DNA of 53,084 nt from an uncultured bacterium (GTDB taxonomy: Bacteria; Acidobacteriota; Polarisedimenticolia; CBDVAL01). How positions within the stretch are numbered: the first letter of the stretch is position 1; each line of letters opens with the position of its first letter. Positions 33,984 through 41,347 of the stretch are shown in pieces. The notes beneath the pieces were generated by a model, which worked only from the letters and a program-made list of their open reading frames with translations, was not told the DNA's origin and did not search any database. Both the position numbers and the translations under genes were made by a program. The stretch spans positions 1 to 53,084 of the forward strand of contig CBDVAL010000001.1 of the NCBI GenBank assembly GCA_965371955.1, written 5' to 3'.

Positions 33984-34403
33984 ATGCAACAGCACCTGCA
34001 CGAGTTCCTGATCGCCACGACCCGGCGAGGCATGGTGGACTTCACCGCGCAAGTTGCCTCGTGGGTTGCCTCCAGCGGCGTCCGGGAGGGGCTGCTCACG
34101 TTGCACGTCCTGCATACGTCGGCTTCTCTCCTCATCCAGGAAAACGCCGACCCCGCGGTACAGTCGGACATGGAGCGATTTCTCGAGCGGCTGGTGCCGG
34201 ACGGCGATGCCATCTATCGCCACACCGCGGAGGGCCCGGACGACATGTCCTCCCACGTGCGCTCCGCCCTCACGGCCACCAGCCTCTCCATCCCGGTGCA
34301 GGCAGGCCGGCCCACCCTGGGAACCTGGCAGGGGATCTACCTCTACGAACATCGCGTCGCGCCGCATCAGCGGCGTGTCGCGGCGCACCTGTTGGGCGAG
34401 TAG
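33984..34403 (+). CDS. yjbQ: YjbQ/UPF0047 family protein (secondary thiamine-phosphate synthase enzyme family)
   Basis: ...GLLTLHVLHTSASLLIQENADPAV..D...L..LVP...YRH...GPDDMSSHVRSAL...S..IPV..G...LGTWQGIYL.EHR. Only the last 139 codons of the 388-aa track ORF are real. Confidence 0.88.
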   Translation: MQQHLHEFLIATTRRGMVDFTAQVASWVASSGVREGLLTLHVLHTSASLLIQENADPAVQSDMERFLERLVPDGDAIYRHTAEGPDDMSSHVRSALTATSLSIPVQAGRPTLGTWQGIYLYEHRVAPHQRRVAAHLLGE

Positions 34404-34412
34404 AGGAATCGC

Positions 34413-36056
34413 GTGAACCGAACCGAACAACCGGATGTGGCCATCCTGGGCGGCGGACTGGCAGGGCTTTGCCTGGCCATCCAGCTCAAGCGGGAGCGCG
34501 CCGGGACGTCGGTCATCGTCCTGGAGAAGGCCCCCCATCCGCCGCCGGCGGCGGCCCACAAGGTGGGTGAGTCCACGGTGGAGCTGGCGGCGTTCTACTT
34601 CAGCAAGGTCCTGGGGTTGCAAGAGCACCTGGACCGCCACCAGTTGCGCAAGTACGGGCTGCGTTTCTTCTTCCGCAGCAGTGATCCCTCGGAGGACATC
34701 GCCCGCCGGGTGGAGGTGGGAGCCAGCGACTACATGCCGACACCGAGCTACCAACTGGATCGGGGGCTGTTCGAGGCGTTCCTGGCGGAGCACGCCGCCA
34801 CGCTGGGTGTGGAGTTCGTCGACTCCGCCGCCGTCTCCGGGGTGGAGTTGTCGGACGAACCGGCCAGGCATCGCATCCAGTACCGCCACGACGGCAGCGC
34901 GAAACAGCTCCGGCCACGCTGGGTGGTGGATGCCAGCGGCCGGACCAGGCTCCTGGCGCAGCAGCGGAATCTCTCGTCTCCGGTGAGCCACCGCGCCAGC
35001 GCCGTCTGGTTCCGCGTGCAGACACGGCTGAACATCGACGACTGGAGCAGCGCCGCGTTGTGGCGCCGCGACGGCAGGTCGGAAAGATTCTCGCGCTGGT
35101 ACAGCACGAACCATCTCATGGGCCCCGGATACTGGGTGTGGCTCATCCCGCTGGCGTCGGGCGCCACCAGCGTCGGCATCGTCACCGATGAGGCCATGCA
35201 TCCCGTGGGCGGGTACAACACGCTGGACGACGCCATGGACTGGCTCCGCCGGCACGAACCGGCCTGCGCGCAGCACATCGAGCCACACCGCGAGCGCATC
35301 CTGGACTTCAAGGTGATCCGCAGCTACTCCCGCGATGTCACCAGCGTGTTCTCAACGCAGCGCTGGGCGCTCACCGGCGAGGCCGGCGTCTTCGTGGACC
35401 CGTTCTACTCCCCGGGCAGCGACTTCATCGCCATGAGCAACAGCTTCGTGGCCGATCTGATCCGTCGCGACATGGAAGGCGAGCCCATCGCCAAGCGCGC
35501 CCGCATCTACGACCAGCTCTACCTGTCGTACAGCCGCAACACGTTCCCGCTGTTCGAGGGGCAGTATCCCCTGTTCGGCAACCCCCTGGTCATGCCGGTG
35601 AAGGTGGTGTGGGACTTCGCCGCCTACTGGACCTTCCTGGCCTTTGTCTTCTGCCAGGGCAGACTGTGTGACCTGAGCCTGTTCGTCCACACGCGCACCG
35701 GCGTCGGGCGATTGCGCCTGCTGAACGAGAGGATGCAGCGCTTGCTGCGCCAGTGGCATGAGGTGGAGCGGACGACACCGGAACCGGTGTTCCTCGATCT
35801 GACCCGGTTGGAGGTCCTGCCCCGCCTCAACGGCGGACTGACGGACGCGCTCTCCGACGAGGACTACCTGGCGCGCCTGGAGGAGAACATCACCCTGATG
35901 CACTCCCTGGCCGCGGAGATCGCCTGGGTCGCCGGCAACCGTCACCCGTCGCTTCCCGTCGCCGAGTTGGGCGGGGATCAGCCGCCTGCCAGCGCGCACC
36001 TGGAGAAGCTGTTCGACGCCCTCGCCCTGGCTCAGCGCTGCCGGCCGGGCCTCTAG
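34413..36056 (+). CDS. Flavin-dependent halogenase family protein (tryptophan-halogenase-like FAD enzyme)
   Basis: GxGxxG (VAILGGGLAGLCLA), HKVGEST lysine region, WxWxIP motif (GYWVWLIPL) and FVDPFYSPGSDF. GTG start with GAGGAA 4 nt upstream. Confidence 0.8.
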   Translation: MNRTEQPDVAILGGGLAGLCLAIQLKRERAGTSVIVLEKAPHPPPAAAHKVGESTVELAAFYFSKVLGLQEHLDRHQLRKYGLRFFFRSSDPSEDIARRVEVGASDYMPTPSYQLDRGLFEAFLAEHAATLGVEFVDSAAVSGVELSDEPARHRIQYRHDGSAKQLRPRWVVDASGRTRLLAQQRNLSSPVSHRASAVWFRVQTRLNIDDWSSAALWRRDGRSERFSRWYSTNHLMGPGYWVWLIPLASGATSVGIVTDEAMHPVGGYNTLDDAMDWLRRHEPACAQHIEPHRERILDFKVIRSYSRDVTSVFSTQRWALTGEAGVFVDPFYSPGSDFIAMSNSFVADLIRRDMEGEPIAKRARIYDQLYLSYSRNTFPLFEGQYPLFGNPLVMPVKVVWDFAAYWTFLAFVFCQGRLCDLSLFVHTRTGVGRLRLLNERMQRLLRQWHEVERTTPEPVFLDLTRLEVLPRLNGGLTDALSDEDYLARLEENITLMHSLAAEIAWVAGNRHPSLPVAELGGDQPPASAHLEKLFDALALAQRCRPGL

Positions 36057-36059
36057 AAC

Positions 36060-37283
36060 TCAGGCGCGCTCCAGGAACAGCCAGGCCGCTGCGCCGCCCG
36101 AGGCATGCGTGCAGCCCAGCAGGGTTCGTGGCGCATCCAGCGGCGTCCCATCGTGCGGCACGATGCCGAGCGACGGGTCGGGCTCGCGGAACCCGGCGGT
36201 GGGCCCGAACGTGGCGCCCTCCATGGCCAACAACAGGGATGCGAGGTAGCCGCCGCCGTACTCGCCGGTGACGGCCTTGGGCGCCAGGATGGGCGGCAGC
36301 TTCTCCTCACCCCACAGCGCCCGCAGCGTCAGCGCCTCCAACCGATCGCCGGTCACGGCGCCGGACGCGCCGGAGACGATGCGCTGGATCTCGCCGGGCT
36401 GCAGCGACAGGCGGCGCATGGAGGCCGCCATGGAACGCGACAGACCCTGGTGATCGCGGCCCCAGGAGGTTGCCGTCGCCGACGGGTCGTTGGCCTGTCC
36501 CCCGCCACGGATACGCGCAAGAATGCGGGTGTTGTCTCGAAGAGCATCCTCCTCACGCTCGAGCAGGAGCATCGTCGCACCGTCGCCCATGAGAAAGCCG
36601 TTGCGTCCCCGGTCGAACGGACGTGCACTTTCCTCCTCGCCGTCCCGGGCCACGGCCAGCGCGCCGAAGCGGTCCAGGACCGAATGCGACAGAGGATCGT
36701 ACTCGTCCACGACGCCCACCAGCGCCATGTCGGCCCGCCCCGACTCCACCTCGGCAGCACCGCGCAACACGGCGATGAGCGCACCCGCCTCGCGCTGCGT
36801 GAACGTGAAGTTGCCCTCCCGAGCGCCGAAGGCAATGGCGATCTGCGCCGCAGGAGCATTGGCCACCGACTCGGCGAACAGGAAGGGTGACGTGGCCTCC
36901 GGGCCCGAGTCGTTCAGCTCGCGCAGGATGCGCTCGCACAGCGAGGCCGGGCCCAGGCAGGTGGCCATGGAGACCGTCATGCGGCGGCGCCCCAACGAAT
37001 CCTCGTCATGGCCCGCATCCGCCCACGCCATGCGCGCCGCGCCCACGGAATAGCGCGATGACGGACTCATCCGTCGCGCTATGCGCCCGGGAACCCACTG
37101 GCGCAGCTCGCCGGCGTCAACCTGTGCCGCCGTGCGTGCCGAGTCCAGGCGGTGGTAGCCACCGGAACGATCCACCGGCGAGGCCAGTTGCCTGGACTCG
37201 CGCAGCGCCTGCGCCAGACCGGGCCGGCCGCAGCCACCAGGGCCCACCGTCCCCATCCCGGTGATCACCACGCGCGCGCTCAC
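36060..37283 (-). CDS. Beta-ketoacyl synthase-like protein lacking the His-His catalytic pair (chain-length-factor-like KS partner)
   Basis: KS fold (VVITGMGTVGPGG...). The positions matching the KS His residues read GGGQANDP and KAVTGEYGGGY, and the Cys-loop reads MATCLGPAS. GTG 37283 overlaps the upstream KS stop (GTGA). The alternative start is ATG 37301. Confidence 0.78.
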   Translation of the reverse strand: MSARVVITGMGTVGPGGCGRPGLAQALRESRQLASPVDRSGGYHRLDSARTAAQVDAGELRQWVPGRIARRMSPSSRYSVGAARMAWADAGHDEDSLGRRRMTVSMATCLGPASLCERILRELNDSGPEATSPFLFAESVANAPAAQIAIAFGAREGNFTFTQREAGALIAVLRGAAEVESGRADMALVGVVDEYDPLSHSVLDRFGALAVARDGEEESARPFDRGRNGFLMGDGATMLLLEREEDALRDNTRILARIRGGGQANDPSATATSWGRDHQGLSRSMAASMRRLSLQPGEIQRIVSGASGAVTGDRLEALTLRALWGEEKLPPILAPKAVTGEYGGGYLASLLLAMEGATFGPTAGFREPDPSLGIVPHDGTPLDAPRTLLGCTHASGGAAAWLFLERA

Positions 37284-38536
37284 GGTCCTTCCCCATTCCA
37301 TCGCGACAGGATCAGCGCCGCGTTGGCGCCGCCGAAACCGAGGTTGGTGGAGAGCACCGTCCGGACATCCTTCATCACACGCGGCGTCGATCGCACCAGA
37401 TCCAGCGACATCGCCGGATCCAGCGGGGGCTCGGCCGGAACCGGATGCGCCTCGCCTTCCTGCAGGCAGAGCACGCAGACCACCGTCTCCAGGGCGCCTG
37501 CGGCGCCGAGAAGGTGGCCGAACAGCGCCTTGGAGCAGGTCACCGGGATACCGGCTGCGCGCTCGCCGAACACCTGGCGGAAGGCGTTCCACTCCGCGGG
37601 GTCGTTGTGCTCCGTGCCGGTGGCGTGCGCGTTGATCAGATCGACGGCCTCCGGCTCCATCCCCGCGTCGCGCAGGGCCAGGCGGATGGCGTGGGCAGCG
37701 CCGTCGCCGTCCGCATCGGGCGCGGTCATATGGCCGGCATCACAGGAGGTGCCGAAGCCGGACACGGTTGCCAGCGGGCGAGCCCCCCGGGCGCGAGCAT
37801 GCGGCAGCGATTCCAGCACCAGCGCACCGGCGCCCTCGCCCAGGGACATCCCGGCCCGCCGCGCGCGGAACGGACGACAGGGCTCGAGGTCCACGGCGCG
37901 CAACGAGTTGAATCCGGCGTAGGTGAGCTCGCAGAGAGAATCCGCGCCGCCCGCCAGCGCCACCTCCACGGCCCCCGAGCGCACCGCCTGGAGCCCCAGC
38001 CCGACGGCCATGGAACCCGATGCGCATGCCGTGGAGAGCGTCTCCACCGGTCCGCGCACCTGGAAGTGCCGCGCCACCGCGGCACTGGGCCCATCGTTGG
38101 CCGCGGAGGACAGCGCTCCCACCCTGGCACGCCGCGTCGGCTGCTGGCCGTGGGTCTCGGCCAGCATGCGTTCCAGCTCGAACATGCCGCCCGTGCTGCT
38201 GCCCCAGTAGACTCCCACATGCGCTTCGGAGAGCAACGCCCCCAGGTCTGCGTGCTGCACGGACTCGTGCACGGCGGCCACGGCGAAGCGATCCGACCAG
38301 GACAGGCGGCGCGCCTCCTGCGCCGTGAGCGGCAGCGTGGACGGGCCGTCCGGCACCTGGGCCGCCACATGCGAGCGGTGCCGGCTGTGATCGAACCGGT
38401 CGAAGCCGCGGATGGCGGTACGCCCGGCGCGCAGACCGGCCCACAGCGCGCGCCGGCCCCACCCGAAGCCGCTCACCGCGCCGATGCCGGTGACCACGAC
38501 CATGGGTGCCGGCGGGCTGTCAGTTCTGGACGACAT
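37280..38536 (-). CDS. Beta-ketoacyl-[ACP] synthase (FabF/KS-alpha-like, complete Cys-His-His triad)
   Basis: VVVTGIGAVSGFG. Active-site Cys in LSTACASGSMAVG. His in INAHATGTEHND and SKALFGHLLGAAGA. Confidence 0.9.
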   Translation of the reverse strand: MSSRTDSPPAPMVVVTGIGAVSGFGWGRRALWAGLRAGRTAIRGFDRFDHSRHRSHVAAQVPDGPSTLPLTAQEARRLSWSDRFAVAAVHESVQHADLGALLSEAHVGVYWGSSTGGMFELERMLAETHGQQPTRRARVGALSSAANDGPSAAVARHFQVRGPVETLSTACASGSMAVGLGLQAVRSGAVEVALAGGADSLCELTYAGFNSLRAVDLEPCRPFRARRAGMSLGEGAGALVLESLPHARARGARPLATVSGFGTSCDAGHMTAPDADGDGAAHAIRLALRDAGMEPEAVDLINAHATGTEHNDPAEWNAFRQVFGERAAGIPVTCSKALFGHLLGAAGALETVVCVLCLQEGEAHPVPAEPPLDPAMSLDLVRSTPRVMKDVRTVLSTNLGFGGANAALILSRWNGEGP

Positions 38537-38804
38537 GGGCGGTAGCCTTGCACCTCTCCACCAGGTCGGCCAGGGTGCTCACCGATGCGAACGTCTTCGG
38601 CCCGGCCTCGCTGGTGGGGATCTTGATATGGAACGTCCTCTCCAGCCCCACGAGGAGTTCGAGGGCGTCGATGGAGTCGAGACCGAGGCCGCCCTCGAAG
38701 AGCGGCTGATCATCGCCGATCTCCTGCGGAGACAGACCGTCGAGGCGGAGACTCTCCACCACGAGTCTCTTGATGCGATGGCGGGTGTGGCGGTTCTTCG
38801 TCAT
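38520..38804 (-). CDS. Acyl carrier protein
   Basis: GGLGLDSIDALELLVGLE contains the phosphopantetheine-attachment Ser motif. About 94 aa from the internal Met (MTKNRH...). The 3' end overlaps the KS start by 17 nt. Confidence 0.85.
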   Translation of the reverse strand: MTKNRHTRHRIKRLVVESLRLDGLSPQEIGDDQPLFEGGLGLDSIDALELLVGLERTFHIKIPTSEAGPKTFASVSTLADLVERCKATAHVVQN

Positions 38805-38911
38805 GCCGGGTTTCGTTTGCTGGCGCGGGAACACTTGGTCTCTTCGGAGCGGCATCATCTATACTAGCATATCGGTTTGACCATGCACCGGCAGGATCTC
38901 GCAAGGAAACC

Positions 38912-40348
38912 ATGACACACCCCATCCTGGAGAGGTTCGGGCGACTGCTGGAACAGGCGCCCGACAGGACCCTGGTGGCCAATCGCGCGCGGTCCACTTC
39001 GGTGGCGGGCGTCCACGAGATGGCCCGCCGCGCCGAGCGGCGCCTGAAGGATACGTCCCTGCGCGCCGGAGGGCTGCTGGGACTGGTGGCTCCCGCGGGA
39101 CCCGGCTTCCTTGCCGCACTGCTGGCGCTCCGACGGCTGAAGCTGGCCGCACTGCTCCTCGACCCGGACACTCCGCTGAGCGAGCAAGCCAGGGTGGCCC
39201 GTGCCCTGGGAGCACCGTCGCTGCTGACCCTGACATCGGCATGGCCGGAGGCCGAGACGGACTGGGTCATCTCCGCGGTTCCCGGGGTGACTCGACCGGC
39301 CGAGCTGAACGGAGTGGGCGTGGTCAAGCTCACCTCGGGCTCCACCGGCGAGCCCCGGGGCATCGCCACCAGCGAGAGAGCGCTGGTCAGCGATGCCGAT
39401 GCCCTCAACCGGACCATGGGCATCACGCCGGACGACCGCCTTCTGTCCGGCATACCCATGTCGCACTCCTACGGGCTCTCCACCCTGGCCGTCACGGCTC
39501 TCACCCAGGGGACGACGCTCGTCCTGCCGGATGGCCTCGCCCCGTTCGAGCCGTTCCTGGCCGCCGAGGAGCTCGGGGCCACGGTGTTCCCCACCGTCCC
39601 CGCCTTCCTGCACGCGCTGCTGCGCCTGTCGGACCCACCTGCGCAGCCGGCGCGGCTACGGCTGGTGATCTCCGCCGGCGCTCCGCTGACGCCCTCCACG
39701 GCGGTGGAGTTCCGCCGCCGCTTCGGGCTGCCCGTCCATGTCTTCTACGGCGCCAGCGAGTGCGGCGGCATCTGTTACGACCGCGAGGGTTCCGCCGGCG
39801 AGCGCGGCACCGTGGGCACACCGGTGGAGGGTGTCCGCGTCACGCTGGAATCGTCGCACGGATCACTCCCCGGCGCAGTGGTGATCTCCTCGCCGGCGGT
39901 GGCCGAAGGGTACCTTCCCGGGGCGGACAGCAGCCTGGGCGGCGGATGCTTCCGCAGCAAGGACCAGGCGGAATGGCGCGACGGCGAGCTGGCCCTGCGG
40001 GGGCGTCGGGAGGACTGGATCAACGTCGGCGGGAAGAAGGTCAACCCACGGGAGGTGGAGGCCGTTCTGAAGCAACTGGACGGTATCGAGGACGCCGTGG
40101 TGTTCGGCTTCTCCATCCCCGGGCGCGAGGGAGAGGCCGTCCGCGCCGTGGTGGCCGGCACGGGTGTCCCCGGCTATCTGGAAGTGGTGGCCCGCTGCCG
40201 CGACAGCCTGGCGGCGCACAAGGTGCCGCGCAGTGTGCTGGGCGTCCGTGAGATCCCGCGCACCTCGCGAGGCAAGCTCGACTGGAGGCGCATCCGCGCG
40301 CTGGCGCCCGGGCAACGGGGAGGGACTACTCTCCTGGAGGAAGAGTAG
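38912..40348 (+). CDS. AMP-dependent synthetase/ligase (adenylate-forming enzyme, acyl/aryl-ACP or -CoA ligase)
   Basis: LTSGSTGEPRGI (A3), YGASECGG (A5), DWINVGGKKVNPREVE (A8), C-terminal PRTSRGKLD (A10 Lys). AGGAAA RBS before the ATG. Confidence 0.85.
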   Translation: MTHPILERFGRLLEQAPDRTLVANRARSTSVAGVHEMARRAERRLKDTSLRAGGLLGLVAPAGPGFLAALLALRRLKLAALLLDPDTPLSEQARVARALGAPSLLTLTSAWPEAETDWVISAVPGVTRPAELNGVGVVKLTSGSTGEPRGIATSERALVSDADALNRTMGITPDDRLLSGIPMSHSYGLSTLAVTALTQGTTLVLPDGLAPFEPFLAAEELGATVFPTVPAFLHALLRLSDPPAQPARLRLVISAGAPLTPSTAVEFRRRFGLPVHVFYGASECGGICYDREGSAGERGTVGTPVEGVRVTLESSHGSLPGAVVISSPAVAEGYLPGADSSLGGGCFRSKDQAEWRDGELALRGRREDWINVGGKKVNPREVEAVLKQLDGIEDAVVFGFSIPGREGEAVRAVVAGTGVPGYLEVVARCRDSLAAHKVPRSVLGVREIPRTSRGKLDWRRIRALAPGQRGGTTLLEEE

Positions 40349-41291
40349 CTTGTCGCCATTCTGCGTCGGCGATGCGGCTTTCGGGATGGAGGCCGGCCCA
40401 GACGAACCAGTACATCGTCCTTACCGGGATCTCCTCGTTCCTCGCCCAGTCCGGCCCCCCCGAGGAGAACCACGCGCGTGTGGACCCGGTGGATCCCTGG
40501 TGCTCCACCACGATCTCCCGATGGTCCCAGCGCAGGCGCACGACCTGGCGGCCGCTTCCACCCGGCAGGGCCACGGCCACGGCATCCGAACCGTCGCCGG
40601 CGGCAAAGCCGGCCACCTGGGTCTTGCCGGGTAGCCTCGGATCCGGGTTCTCCGTGCCCAGCATTCCCAGCAGGTGCGGCGCCCGGGGATAGAGGACGTG
40701 CTTGAGCTTCCTCCGACCCTTCCAGGGCAGGGCGAGAGTGTCGGGGTGGCGCTCCTTCCAATCGCCCCAGGTGGTCATCTCCGAGACCACAGGCTCGAGG
40801 GCGTTCCCTTCCAGATCACCACGAATGGATCGCCCGGAAGGTTGCGCCCACAGGCTGCCGGTCTGTCGATCCTCGAGCACCAGGGAGTCGTTCCAGAGCT
40901 TGCCGGAATGGACGAAGTCCAGCACGCGCTGGTTCACGCTGCGACCGTAGACCACGGCCGCCCCGGCCAGCGTTCACCAGCTGGCGACGAACGGTTCTCC
41001 TGCATCGCCGTTCACGATCTCGTGACGATCCAGCAATGCCACGGAAATAGCCACGGGTGTATTGCCGCTCAGGAAGCCCAGGATCTTCTCGGAGGAACGC
41101 ATGAGCCGGTCCGCCTGGTCGCCCTTGACGAACTCCGGATCGCTGAGGGACGGGATATCCTCCCGCGGTCGCATGGTGACCAGCCGGCTGTCATGAAGAT
41201 CCTCGGTCTGCAGCGGCTGCGGCAGACAACCGAGCATGACGGCCAGCAGACCCGGAAGCGCCACCTTGGCGCCACGACGGAACGTGCGCAC
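40326..41291 (-). CDS. DUF3179 domain lipoprotein interrupted by a single in-frame TGA (40974-40976): candidate selenocysteine codon, or a pseudogene
   Basis: The two track ORFs (40974-41291 and 40326-40955) are in the same frame. The junction reads ...HEIVNGDAGEPFVASW-TGA-TLAGAAVVYGRSVNQRVLDF...SLVLEDRQTGSLWAQ. The N-terminus has a lipoprotein-like leader (LLAVMLGC). Confidence 0.6.
40936..40976 (-). promoter_or_regulatory. TGA codon plus an immediately downstream imperfect GC-rich hairpin (SECIS-like candidate)
   Basis: mRNA: UGA-ACGCUG-GCCG-G-GGC-GGCCGUG-GUC-UA-CGGU-CG-CAGCGU. Drawn by eye: a 6-bp lower stem, a 4-bp middle stem, a 3-bp upper stem and a 7-nt apical loop. Confidence 0.25.
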
Positions 41292-41347
41292 GGATGGGTT
41301 CGTCCTCCTCTGATTCTACGCAACCGTCGCCGCCGCCGGGTTATTCC

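Noticed and set aside
37284-37592. N-terminal extension of about 100 aa on the CLF-like KS ORF (track start 37592).
   Set aside because: The extension is Arg/Gly/Pro-rich and overlaps the 3' end of the upstream KS gene. KS homology begins at VVITGMG, and a GTGA start/stop overlap at 37280-37283 fits a coupled KS/CLF pair.
38835-38865. TTGGTC-N19-TATACT as the promoter of the AMP-ligase gene in the divergent ACP/ligase intergenic region.
   Set aside because: The -10 is good, but the 19-nt spacer and weak -35 make the call too uncertain to list as a feature. I could not find a convincing minus-strand promoter for the ACP operon either.
40974-40976. Genome-wide UGA reassignment (code 4 or 25) as an explanation for the in-frame TGA.
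   Set aside because: Several well-defined genes in this window terminate at TGA at the expected protein ends (SSS transporter, RND adaptor, STAS, S8 mega-protein). The high GC content also does not fit known UGA-recoded lineages.
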